Below, in pieces: positions 10,883 to 24,570 of a DNA stretch of 64,000 bases. The first letter of the stretch is position 1. Each line of letters begins with the position of its first letter. The translations under genes were made by a program, and so were the position numbers. Below the pieces are notes generated by a model. The model worked only from the letters and a program-made list of their open reading frames with translations. It made no database searches and had not been told where the DNA came from. The DNA comes from Auanema rhodensis (taxonomy: Eukaryota > Animalia > Nematoda), in NCBI GenBank assembly GCA_964057225.1, contig OZ059897.1, forward strand, positions 19,840,001 to 19,904,000, given 5' to 3'.

Positions 10883-13800
10883 CTTAAAAATCCGCATCGA
10901 ATGCACTATACTACATTGAGAAACACTTGATACAAAAATTAGTTATGATCGTTTGAAAAATGATGCATTAGTGTATGTTGAGTTTCCATGTACACTCAAC
11001 ATTGCTTCCAAAAACATTTTGACAAAAATTTTTTCGAAAAATTTCAAAATAATTCAGCAAAAAGTAGATGTTTTTAGATTCCATTTTTCAAGGCAAAGAC
11101 GATGGACAATGTTATTCAACGAAAAAATTAATTCTTCAGGGTGAAAATCGAGGATATAAGTGTGAACTTATAAAAGTTGATATCTCGGTGCATTTTTAAG
11201 CTAGCGCAAATCTGATAACACAGATCGACGCAGCTTAAAAATCCGCATCGAATGCACTATACTACATTGAGAAACGCTTGATACAAAAATTAGTTATAAT
11301 CGTTTGAAAAATGATGCATTAGTGTATGTTGAGTTTCCATGTACACTCAACATTGCTTCCAAAAACATTTTGACAAAAATTTTTTCGAAAAATTTCAAAA
11401 TAATTTAGCAAAAAGTAGATGTTTTTAGATTTCTTTTTCAAGGCAAAGACGATGGACAATGTTATTCAACGAAAAAATTAATTCTTCAGGGTGAAAATCG
11501 AGGATATAAGTGTGAACTTATAAAAGTTGATATCTCGGTGCATTTTTAAGCTAGCGCAAATCTGATAACACAGATCGACGCAGCTTAAAACTCCGCATCG
11601 AATGCACTATACTACATTGAGAAACGCTTAATACAAAAATTAGTTATGATCGTTTGAAAAATGATGCATTAGTGTATGTTGAGTTTCCATGTACACTCAA
11701 CATTGCTTCCAAAAACATTTTGACAAAAATTTTTTCGAAAAATTTCAAAATAATTTAGCAAAAAGTAGATGTTTTTAGATTCCTTTTTTCAAGGCAAAGA
11801 CGATGGACAATGTTATTCAACGAAAAAATTATTTCTTCAGGGTGAAAATCGAGGATATAAGTGTGAACTTATATCAGTTGATATCTCGGTGCATTTTTAA
11901 GCTAGCGCAAATCTGATAACACAGATCGACGCAGCTTAAAAATCCGCATCGAATGCACTATACTACATTGAGAAACGCTTAATACAAAAATTAGTTATGA
12001 TCGTTTGAAAAATGATGCATTAGTGTATGTTGAGTTTCCATGTACACTCAACATTGCTTCCAAAAACATTTTGACAAAAATTTTTTCGAAAAATTTCAAA
12101 ATAATTTAGCAAAAAGTAGATGTTTTTAGATTCCTTTTTTCAAGGCAAAGACGATGGACAATGTTATTCAACGAAAAAAATTAATTCTTCAGGGTGAAAA
12201 TCGGGTATATATGTGTGTACTTATATCAGTTGATATCTCGGTGCATTTTTAAGCTAGCGCAAATCTGATAACACAGATCGACGCAGCTTAAAAATCCGCA
12301 TCGAATGCACTATACTACATTGAGAAACACTTGATACAAAAATTAGTTATGATCGTTTGAAAAATGATGCATTAGTGTATGTTGAGTTTCCATGTACACT
12401 CAACATTGCTTCCAAAAACATTTTGACAAAAATTTTTTCGAAAAATTTCAAAATAATTCAGCAAAAAGTAGATGTTTTTAGATTCCATTTTTCAAGGCAA
12501 AGACGATGGACAATGTTATTCAACGAAAAAATTAATTCTTCAGGGTGAAAATCGAGGATATAAGTGTGAACTTATAAAAGTTGATATCTCGGTGCATTTT
12601 TAAGCTAGCGCAAATCTGATAACACAGATCGACGCAGCTTAAAAATCCGCATCGAATGCACTATACTACATTGAGAAACGCTTGATACAAAAATTAGTTA
12701 TAATCGTTTGAAAAATGATGCATTAGTGTATGTTGAGTTTCCATGTACACTCAACATTGCTTCCAAAAACATTTTGACAAAAATTTTTTCGAAAAATTTC
12801 AAAATAATTTAGCAAAAAGTAGATGTTTTTAGATTTCTTTTTCAAGGCAAAGACGATGGACAATGTTATTCAACGAAAAAATTAATTCTTCAGGGTGAAA
12901 ATCGAGGATATAAGTGTGAACTTATAAAAGTTGATATCTCGGTGCATTTTTAAGCTAGCGCAAATCTGATAACACAGATCGACGCAGCTTAAAAATCCGC
13001 ATCGAATGCACTATACTACATTGAGAAACGCTTAATACAAAAATTAGTTATGATCGTTTGAAAAATGATGCATTAGTGTATGTTGAGTTTCCATGTACAC
13101 TCAACATTGCTTCCAAAAACATTTTGACAAAAATTTTTTCGAAAAATTTCAAAATAATTTAGCAAAAAGTAGATGTTTTTAGATTCCTTTTTTCAAGGCA
13201 AAGACGATGGACAATGTTATTCAACGAAAAAAATTAATTCTTCAGGGTGAAAATCGGGTATATATGTGTGTACTTATATCAGTTGATATCTCGGTGCATT
13301 TTTAAGCTAGCGCAAATCTGATAACACAGATCGACGCAGCTTAAAAATCCGCATCGAATGCACTATACTACATTGAGAAACACTTGATACAAAAATTAGT
13401 TATGATCGTTTGAAAAATGATGCATTAGTGTATGTTGAGTTTCCATGTACACTCAACATTGCTTCCAAAAACATTTTGACAAAAATTTTTTCGAAAAATT
13501 TCAAAATAATTTAGCAAAAAGTAGATGTTTTAAGATTCAATTTTTCAAGGCAAAGACGATGGACAATGTTATTCAACGAAAAAATAAATTCTTCAGGGTG
13601 AAAATCGAGGATATAAGTGTGAACTTATATCAGTTGATATCTCGGTGCATTTTTAAGCTAGCGCAAATCTGATAACACAGATCGACGCAGCTTAAAAATC
13701 CGCATCGAATGCACTATACTACATTGAGAAACGCTTAATACAAAAATTAGTTATGATCGTTTGAAAAATGATGCATTAGTGTATGTTGAGTTTCCATGTA

Positions 13801-16800
13801 CACTCAACATTGCTTCCAAAAACATTTTGACAAAAATTTTTTCGAAAAATTTCAAAATAATTTAGCAAAAAGTAGATGTTTTAAGATTCAATTTTTCAAG
13901 GCAAAGACGATGGACAATGTTATTCAACGAAAAAATTATTTCTTCAGGGTGAAAATCGAGGATATATGTGTGAACTTATATCAGTTGATATCTCGGTGCA
14001 TTTTTAAGCTAGCGCAAATCTGATAACACAGATCGACGCAGCTTAAAAATCCGCATCGAATGCACTATACTACATTGAGAAACGCTTAATACAAAAATTA
14101 GTTATGATCGTTTGAAAAATGATGCATTAGTGTATGTTGAGTTTCCATGTACACTCAACATTGCTTCCAAAAACATTTTGACAAAAATTTTTTCGAAAAA
14201 TTTCAAAATAATTCAGCAAAAAGTAGATGTTTTTAGATTCCATTTTTCAAGGCAAAGACGATGGACAATGTTATTCAACGAAAAAATTAATTCTTCAGGG
14301 TGAAAATCGAGGATATAAGTGTGAACTTATAAAAGTTGATATCTCGGTGCATTTTTAAGCTAGCGCAAATCTGATAACACAGATCGACGCAGCTTAAAAA
14401 TCCGCATCGAATGCACTATACTACATTGAGAAACGCTTGATACAAAAATTAGTTATAATCGTTTGAAAAATGATGCATTAGTGTATGTTGAGTTTCCATG
14501 TACACTCAACATTGCTTCCAAAAACATTTTGACAAAAATTTTTTCGAAAAATTTCAAAATAATTTAGCAAAAAGTAGATGTTTTTAGATTTCTTTTTCAA
14601 GGCAAAGACGATGGACAATGTTATTCAACGAAAAAATTAATTCTTCAGGGTGAAAATCGAGGATATGAGTGTGAACTTATAAAAGTTGATATCTCGGTGC
14701 ATTTTTAAGCTAGCGCAAATCTGATAACACAGATCGACGCAGCTTAAAACTCCGCATCGAATGCACTATACTACATTGAGAAACGCTTAATACAAAAATT
14801 AGTTATGATCGTTTGAAAAATGATGCATTAGTGTATGTTGAGTTTCCATGTACACTCAACATTGCTTCCAAAAACATTTTGACAAAAATTTTTTCGAAAA
14901 ATTTCAAAATAATTTAGCAAAAAGTAGATGTTTTTAGATTCCTTTTTTCAAGGCAAAGACGATGGACAATGTTATTCAACGAAAAAATTATTTCTTCAGG
15001 GTGAAAATCGAGGATATAAGTGTGAACTTATATCAGTTGATATCTCGGTGCATTTTTAAGCTAGCGCAAATCTGATAACACAGATCGACGCAGCTTAAAA
15101 ATCCGCATCGAATGCACTATACTACATTGAGAAACGCTTAATACAAAAATTAGTTATGATCGTTTGAAAAATGATGCATTAGTGTATGTTGAGTTTCCAT
15201 GTACACTCAACATTGCTTCCAAAAACATTTTGACAAAAATTTTTTCGAAAAATTTCAAAATAATTTAGCAAAAAGTAGATGTTTTTAGATTCCTTTTTTC
15301 AAGGCAAAGACGATGGACAATGTTATTCAACGAAAAAAATTAATTCTTCAGGGTGAAAATCGGGTATATATGTGTGTACTTATATCAGTTGATATCTCGG
15401 TGCATTTTTAAGCTAGCGCAAATCTGATAACACAGATCGACGCAGCTTAAAAATCCGCATCGAATGCACTATACTACATTGAGAAACACTTGATACAAAA
15501 ATTAGTTATGATCGTTTGAAAAATGATGCATTAGTGTATGTTGAGTTTCCATGTACACTCAACATTGCTTCCAAAAACATTTTGACAAAAATTTTTTCGA
15601 AAAATTTCAAAATAATTCAGCAAAAAGTAGATGTTTTTAGATTCCATTTTTCAAGGCAAAGACGATGGACAATGTTATTCAACGAAAAAATTAATTCTTC
15701 AGGGTGAAAATCGAGGATATAAGTGTGAACTTATAAAAGTTGATATCTCGGTGCATTTTTAAGCTAGCGCAAATCTGATAACACAGATCGACGCAGCTTA
15801 AAAATCCGCATCGAATGCACTATACTACATTGAGAAACGCTTGATACAAAAATTAGTTATAATCGTTTGAAAAATGATGCATTAGTGTATGTTGAGTTTC
15901 CATGTACACTCAACATTGCTTCCAAAAACATTTTGACAAAAATTTTTTCGAAAAATTTCAAAATAATTCAGCAAAAAGTAGATGTTTTTAGATTCCATTT
16001 TTCAAGGCAAAGACGATGGACAATGTTATTCAACGAAAAAATTAATTCTTCAGGGTGAAAATCGAGGATATAAGTGTGAACTTATAAAAGTTGATATCTC
16101 GGTGCATTTTTAAGCTAGCGCAAATCTGATAACACAGATCGACGCAGCTTAAAAATCCGCATCGAATGCACTATACTACATTGAGAAACGCTTGATACAA
16201 AAATTAGTTATAATCGTTTGAAAAATGATGCATTAGTGTATGTTGAGTTTCCATGTACACTCAACATTGCTTCCAAAAACATTTTGACAAAAATTTTTTC
16301 GAAAAATTTCAAAATAATTTAGCAAAAAGTAGATGTTTTTAGATTTCTTTTTCAAGGCAAAGACGATGGACAATGTTATTCAACGAAAAAATTAATTCTT
16401 CAGGGTGAAAATCGAGGATATAAGTGTGAACTTATAAAAGTTGATATCTCGGTGCATTTTTAAGCTAGCGCAAATCTGATAACACAGATCGACGCAGCTT
16501 AAAAATCCGCATCGAATGCACTATACTACATTGAGAAACGCTTAATACAAAAATTAGTTATGATCGTTTGAAAAATGATGCATTAGTGTATGTTGAGTTT
16601 CCATGTACACTCAACATTGCTTCCAAAAACATTTTGACAAAAATTTTTTCGAAAAATTTCAAAATAATTTAGCAAAAAGTAGATGTTTTTAGATTCCTTT
16701 TTTCAAGGCAAAGACGATGGACAATGTTATTCAACGAAAAAAATTAATTCTTCAGGGTGAAAATCGGGTATATATGTGTGTACTTATATCAGTTGATATC

Positions 16801-17551
16801 TCGGTGCATTTTTAAGCTAGCGCAAATCTGATAACACAGATCGACGCAGCTTAAAAATCCGCATCGAATGCACTATACTACATTGAGAAACACTTGATAC
16901 AAAAATTAGTTATGATCGTTTGAAAAATGATGCATTAGTGTATGTTGAGTTTCCATGTACACTCAACATTGCTTCCAAAAACATTTTGACAAAAATTTTT
17001 TCGAAAAATTTCAAAATAATTTAGCAAAAAGTAGATGTTTTAAGATTCAATTTTTCAAGGCAAAGACGATGGACAATGTTATTCAACGAAAAAATAAATT
17101 CTTCAGGGTGAAAATCGAGGATATAAGTGTGAACTTATATCAGTTGATATCTCGGTGCATTTTTAAGCTAGCGCAAATCTGATAACACAGATCGACGCAG
17201 CTTAAAAATCCGCATCGAATGCACTATACTACATTGAGAAACGCTTAATACAAAAATTAGTTATGATCGTTTGAAAAATGATGCATTAGTGTATGTTGAG
17301 TTTCCATGTACACTCAACATTCCTTCAAAAAACATTTTGACAAAAATTTTTTCGAAAAATTTCAAAATAATTTAGCAAAAAGTAGATGTTTTAAGATTCA
17401 ATTTTTCAAGGCAAAGACGATGGACAATGTTATTCAACGAAAAAATTATTTCTTCAGGGTGAAAATCGAGGATATATGTGTGAACTTATATCAGTTGATA
17501 TCTCGGTGCATTTTTAAGCTAGCGCAAATCTGATAACACAGATCGACGCAG
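10883..17551. repeat. Tandem 9-mer (10883-14041) duplicated as a 10-mer (14042-17551) with one extra chimeric monomer
   Basis: The order of monomer haplotypes is the same in both blocks. Offsets are 3159 (10953/14112, 12357/15516) before the extra monomer at 15797 and 3510 (13445/16955) after it. Confidence 0.8.
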
Positions 17552-20500
17552 CTTAAAAATCCGCATCGAATGCACTATACTACATTGAGAAACGCTTAAT
17601 ACAAAAATTAGTTATGATCGTTTGAAAAATGATGCATTAGTGTATGTTGAGTTTCCATGTACACTCAACATTGCTTCCAAAAACATTTTGACAAAAATTT
17701 TTTCGAAAAATTTCAAAATAATTTAGCAAAAAGTAGATGTTTTTAGATTCCTTTTTTCAAGGCAAAGACGATGGACAATGTTATTCAACGAAAAAATTAA
17801 TTCTTCAGGGTGAAAATCGGGTATATATGTGTGAACTTATATCAGTTGATATCTCGGTGCATTTTTAAGCTAGCGCAAATCTGATAACACAGATCGACGC
17901 AGCTTGAAAATCCGCATCGAATGCACTATACTACATTGAGAAACGCTTAATACAAAAATTAGTTATGATCGTTTGAAAAATGATGCATTAGTGTATGTTG
18001 AGTTTCCATGTACACTCAACATTGCTTCCAAAAACATTTTGACAAAAATTTTTTCGAAAAATTTCAAAATAATTTAGCAAAAAGTAGATGTTTTTAGATT
18101 CCATTTTTCAAGGCAAAGACGATGGACAAGGTTCTTCAACGAAAAAATTAATTCTTCAGGATGAAAATCGAAGATATAAGTGTGAACTTATATAAGTTGA
18201 TATCTCGGTGCATTTTTAAGCTAGCGCAAATCTGATAACACAGATCGACGCAGCTTAAAAATCCGCATCGAATGCACTATACTACATTGAGAAACGCTTG
18301 ATACAAAAATTAGTTATGATCGTTTGAAAAATGATGCATTAGTGTATGTTGAGTTTCCATGTACACTCAACATTGCTTCCAAAAACATTTTGACAAAAAT
18401 TTTTTCGAAAAATTTCAAAATAATTTAGCAAAAAGTAGATGTTTTTAGATTCCTTTTTTCAAGGCAAAGACGATGGACAATGTTATTCAACGAAAAAATT
18501 AATTCTTCAGGGTGAAAATCGGGTATATATGTGTGAACTTATATCAGTTGATATCTCGGTGCATTTTTAAGCTAGCGCAAATCTGATAACACAGATCGAC
18601 GCAGCTTGAAAATCCGCATCGAATGCACTATACTACATTGAGAAACGCTTAATACAAAAATTAGTTATGATCGTTTGAAAAATGATGCATTAGTGTATGT
18701 TGAGTTTCCATGTACACTCAACATTGCTTCCAAAAACATTTTGACAAAAATTTTTTCGAAAAATTTCAAAATAATTTAGCAAAAAGTAGATGTTTTTAGA
18801 TTCCATTTTTCAAGGCAAAGACGATGGACAAGGTTCTTCAACGAAAAAATTAATTCTTCAGGATGAAAATCGAAGATATAAGTGTGAACTTATATCAGTT
18901 GATATCTCGGTGCATTTTTAAGCTAGCGCAAATCTGATAACACAGATCGACGCAGCTTAAAAATCCGCATCGAATGCACTATACTACATTGAGAAACGCT
19001 TGATACAAAAATTAGTTATGATCGTTTGAAAAATGATGCATTAGTGTATGTTGAGTTTCCATGTACACTCAACATTGCTTCCAAAAACATTTTGACAAAA
19101 ATTTTTTCGAAAAATTTCAAAATAATTCAGCAAAAAGTAGATGTTTTTAGATTCCATTTTTCAAGGCAAAGACGATGGACAATGTTATTCAACGAAAAAA
19201 TTATTTCTTCAGGGTGAAAATCGAGGATATAAGTGTGAACTTATATCAGTTGATATCTCGGTGCATTTTTAAGCTAGCGCAAATCTGATAACACAGATCG
19301 ACGCAGCTTAAAAATCCGCATCGAATGCACTATACTACATTGAGAAACGCTTAATACAAAAATTAGTTATGATCGTTTGAAAAATGATGCATTAGTGTAT
19401 GTTGAGTTTCCATGTACACTCAACATTGCTTCCAAAAACATTTTGACAAAAATTTTTTCGAAAAATTTCAAAATAATTTAGCAAAAAGTAGATGTTTTTA
19501 GATTCCTTTTTTCAAGGCAAAGACGATGGACAATGTTATTCAACGAAAAAAATTAATTCTTCAGGGTGAAAATCGGGTATATATGTGTGTACTTATATCA
19601 GTTGATATCTCGGTGCATTTTTAAGCTAGCGCAAATCTGATAACACAGATCGACGCAGCTTAAAAATCCGCATCGAATGCACTATACTACATTGAGAAAC
19701 ACTTGATACAAAAATTAGTTATGATCGTTTGAAAAATGATGCATTAGTGTATGTTGAGTTTCCATGTACACTCAACATTGCTTCCAAAAACATTTTGACA
19801 AAAATTTTTTCGAAAAATTTCAAAATAATTCAGCAAAAAGTAGATGTTTTTAGATTCCATTTTTCAAGGCAAAGACGATGGACAATGTTATTCAACGAAA
19901 AAATTAATTCTTCAGGGTGAAAATCGAGGATATAAGTGTGAACTTATAAAAGTTGATATCTCGGTGCATTTTTAAGCTAGCGCAAATCTGATAACACAGA
20001 TCGACGCAGCTTAAAAATCCGCATCGAATGCACTATACTACATTGAGAAACGCTTGATACAAAAATTAGTTATAATCGTTTGAAAAATGATGCATTAGTG
20101 TATGTTGAGTTTCCATGTACACTCAACATTGCTTCCAAAAACATTTTGACAAAAATTTTTTCGAAAAATTTCAAAATAATTTAGCAAAAAGTAGATGTTT
20201 TTAGATTTCTTTTTCAAGGCAAAGACGATGGACAATGTTATTCAACGAAAAAATTAATTCTTCAGGGTGAAAATCGAGGATATAAGTGTGAACTTATAAA
20301 AGTTGATATCTCGGTGCATTTTTAAGCTAGCGCAAATCTGATAACACAGATCGACGCAGCTTAAAACTCCGCATCGAATGCACTATACTACATTGAGAAA
20401 CGCTTGATACAAAAATTAGTTATGATCGTTTGAAAAATGATGCATTAGTGTATGTTGAGTTTCCATGTACACTCAACATTGCTTCCAAAAACATTTTGAC

Positions 20501-23500
20501 AAAAATTTTTTCGAAAAATTTCAAAATAATTTAGCAAAAAGTAGATGTTTTTAGATTCCTTTTTTCAAGGCAAAGACGATGGACAATGTTATTCAACGAA
20601 AAAAATTAATTCTTCAGGGTGAAAATCGGGTATATATGTGTGTACTTATATCAGTTGATATCTCGGTGCATTTTTAAGCTAGCGCAAATCTGATAACACA
20701 GATCGACGCAGCTTAAAAATCCGCATCGAATGCACTATACTACATTGAGAAACACTTGATACAAAAATTAGTTATGATCGTTTGAAAAATGATGCATTAG
20801 TGTATGTTGAGTTTCCATGTACACTCAACATTGCTTCCAAAAACATTTTGACAAAAATTTTTTCGAAAAATTTCAAAATAATTCAGCAAAAAGTAGATGT
20901 TTTTAGATTCCATTTTTCAAGGCAAAGACGATGGACAATGTTATTCAACGAAAAAATTAATTCTTCAGGGTGAAAATCGAGGATATAAGTGTGAACTTAT
21001 AAAAGTTGATATCTCGGTGCATTTTTAAGCTAGCGCAAATCTGATAACACAGATCGACGCAGCTTAAAAATCCGCATCGAATGCACTATACTACATTGAG
21101 AAACGCTTGATACAAAAATTAGTTATAATCGTTTGAAAAATGATGCATTAGTGTATGTTGAGTTTCCATGTACACTCAACATTGCTTCCAAAAACATTTT
21201 GACAAAAATTTTTTCGAAAAATTTCAAAATAATTTAGCAAAAAGTAGATGTTTTTAGATTTCTTTTTCAAGGCAAAGACGATGGACAATGTTATTCAACG
21301 AAAAAATTAATTCTTCAGGGTGAAAATCGAGGATATAAGTGTGAACTTATAAAAGTTGATATCTCGGTGCATTTTTAAGCTAGCGCAAATCTGATAACAC
21401 AGATCGACGCAGCTTAAAACTCCGCATCGAATGCACTATACTACATTGAGAAACGCTTAATACAAAAATTAGTTATGATCGTTTGAAAAATGATGCATTA
21501 GTGTATGTTGAGTTTCCATGTACACTCAACATTGCTTCCAAAAACATTTTGACAAAAATTTTTTCGAAAAATTTCAAAATAATTTAGCAAAAAGTAGATG
21601 TTTTTAGATTCCTTTTTTCAAGGCAAAGACGATGGACAATGTTATTCAACGAAAAAATTATTTCTTCAGGGTGAAAATCGAGGATATAAGTGTGAACTTA
21701 TATCAGTTGATATCTCGGTGCATTTTTAAGCTAGCGCAAATCTGATAACACAGATCGACGCAGCTTAAAAATCCGCATCGAATGCACTATACTACATTGA
21801 GAAACGCTTAATACAAAAATTAGTTATGATCGTTTGAAAAATGATGCATTAGTGTATGTTGAGTTTCCATGTACACTCAACATTGCTTCCAAAAACATTT
21901 TGACAAAAATTTTTTCGAAAAATTTCAAAATAATTTAGCAAAAAGTAGATGTTTTTAGATTCCTTTTTTCAAGGCAAAGACGATGGACAATGTTATTCAA
22001 CGAAAAAAATTAATTCTTCAGGGTGAAAATCGGGTATATATGTGTGTACTTATATCAGTTGATATCTCGGTGCATTTTTAAGCTAGCGCAAATCTGATAA
22101 CACAGATCGACGCAGCTTAAAAATCCGCATCGAATGCACTATACTACATTGAGAAACACTTGATACAAAAATTAGTTATGATCGTTTGAAAAATGATGCA
22201 TTAGTGTATGTTGAGTTTCCATGTACACTCAACATTGCTTCCAAAAACATTTTGACAAAAATTTTTTCGAAAAATTTCAAAATAATTCAGCAAAAAGTAG
22301 ATGTTTTTAGATTCCATTTTTCAAGGCAAAGACGATGGACAATGTTATTCAACGAAAAAATTAATTCTTCAGGGTGAAAATCGAGGATATAAGTGTGAAC
22401 TTATAAAAGTTGATATCTCGGTGCATTTTTAAGCTAGCGCAAATCTGATAACACAGATCGACGCAGCTTAAAAATCCGCATCGAATGCACTATACTACAT
22501 TGAGAAACGCTTGATACAAAAATTAGTTATAATCGTTTGAAAAATGATGCATTAGTGTATGTTGAGTTTCCATGTACACTCAACATTGCTTCCAAAAACA
22601 TTTTGACAAAAATTTTTTCGAAAAATTTCAAAATAATTTAGCAAAAAGTAGATGTTTTTAGATTTCTTTTTCAAGGCAAAGACGATGGACAATGTTATTC
22701 AACGAAAAAATTAATTCTTCAGGGTGAAAATCGAGGATATAAGTGTGAACTTATAAAAGTTGATATCTCGGTGCATTTTTAAGCTAGCGCAAATCTGATA
22801 ACACAGATCGACGCAGCTTAAAAATCCGCATCGAATGCACTATACTACATTGAGAAACGCTTAATACAAAAATTAGTTATGATCGTTTGAAAAATGATGC
22901 ATTAGTGTATGTTGAGTTTCCATGTACACTCAACATTGCTTCCAAAAACATTTTGACAAAAATTTTTTCGAAAAATTTCAAAATAATTTAGCAAAAAGTA
23001 GATGTTTTTAGATTCCTTTTTTCAAGGCAAAGACGATGGACAATGTTATTCAACGAAAAAAATTAATTCTTCAGGGTGAAAATCGGGTATATATGTGTGT
23101 ACTTATATCAGTTGATATCTCGGTGCATTTTTAAGCTAGCGCAAATCTGATAACACAGATCGACGCAGCTTAAAAATCCGCATCGAATGCACTATACTAC
23201 ATTGAGAAACACTTGATACAAAAATTAGTTATGATCGTTTGAAAAATGATGCATTAGTGTATGTTGAGTTTCCATGTACACTCAACATTGCTTCCAAAAA
23301 CATTTTGACAAAAATTTTTTCGAAAAATTTCAAAATAATTTAGCAAAAAGTAGATGTTTTAAGATTCAATTTTTCAAGGCAAAGACGATGGACAATGTTA
23401 TTCAACGAAAAAATTATTTCTTCAGGGTGAAAATCGAGGATATATGTGTGAACTTATATCAGTTGATATCTCGGTGCATTTTTAAGCTAGCGCAAATCTG

Positions 23501-24570
23501 ATAACACAGATCGACGCAGCTTAAAAATCCGCATCGAATGCACTATACTACATTGAGAAACGCTTAATACAAAAATTAGTTATGATCGTTTGAAAAATGA
23601 TGCATTAGTGTATGTTGAGTTTCCATGTACACTCAACATTGCTTCCAAAAACATTTTGACAAAAATTTTTTCGAAAAATTTCAAAATAATTTAGCAAAAA
23701 GTAGATGTTTTAAGATTCAATTTTTCAAGGCAAAGACGATGGACAATGTTATTCAACGAAAAAATAAATTCTTCAGGGTGAAAATCGAGGATATAAGTGT
23801 GAACTTATATCAGTTGATATCTCGGTGCATTTTTAAGCTAGCGCAAATCTGATAACACAGATCGACGCAGCTTAAAAATCCGCATCGAATGCACTATACT
23901 ACATTGAGAAACGCTTAATACAAAAATTAGTTATGATCGTTTGAAAAATGATGCATTAGTGTATGTTGAGTTTCCATGTACACTCAACATTGCTTCCAAA
24001 AACATTTTGACAAAAATTTTTTCGAAAAATTTCAAAATAATTTAGCAAAAAGTAGATGTTTTAAGATTCAATTTTTCAAGGCAAAGACGATGGACAATGT
24101 TATTCAACGAAAAAATTATTTCTTCAGGGTGAAAATCGAGGATATATGTGTGAACTTATATCAGTTGATATCTCGGTGCATTTTTAAGCTAGCGCAAATC
24201 TGATAACACAGATCGACGCAGCTTAAAAATCCGCATCGAATGCACTATACTACATTGAGAAACACTTGATACAAAAATTAGTTATGATCGTTTGAAAAAT
24301 GATGCATTAGTGTATGTTGAGTTTCCATTTACACTCAACATTGCTTCCAAAAACATTTTGACAAAAATTTTTTCGAAAAATTTCAAAATAATTCAGCAAA
24401 AAGTAGATGTTTTTAGATTCCATTTTTCAAGGCAAAGACGATGGACAATGTTATTCAACGAAAAAATTAATTCTTCAGGGTGAAAATCGAGGATATAAGT
24501 GTGAACTTATAAAAGTTGATATCTCGGTGCATTTTTAAGCTAGCGCAAATCTGATAACACAGATCGACGC
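17552..24570. repeat. Second copy of the ~20-monomer block at 7372-~14390
   Basis: The rare monomer GACAAGGTTCTTC...CAGGATGAAAATCGAAG occurs at ~7945 and ~8647 and again at +10180 (~18125, ~18827). Offsets are 9829 (9900/19729, 10953/20782, 12357/22186) in the middle and 10180 again at 13445/23625. Confidence 0.85.

Larger units (their letters stand above)
7372..24570. repeat. Variant domain II: trimer-based higher-order repeats (352/351/350-bp monomers) with nested block duplications
   Basis: Markers ATCGGGTATATATG, AACACTTGAT, AATTCAG, TATAAAAG and AGATTTCTTTTTC (1-bp deletion) recur in ordered series. Boundaries are approximate. Confidence 0.8.

Noticed and set aside
106-24203. Repeated 75-aa ORF MYTQHCFQKHF...
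   Set aside because: It is open only when SNPs remove stops (TTTTAG>TTTAAG and AATTAA>AATTAT/AATAAA), and most monomers have stops. It is F/K/I/N-rich as expected from A/T tracts and has no recognisable domain. It is useful only as a haplotype marker.
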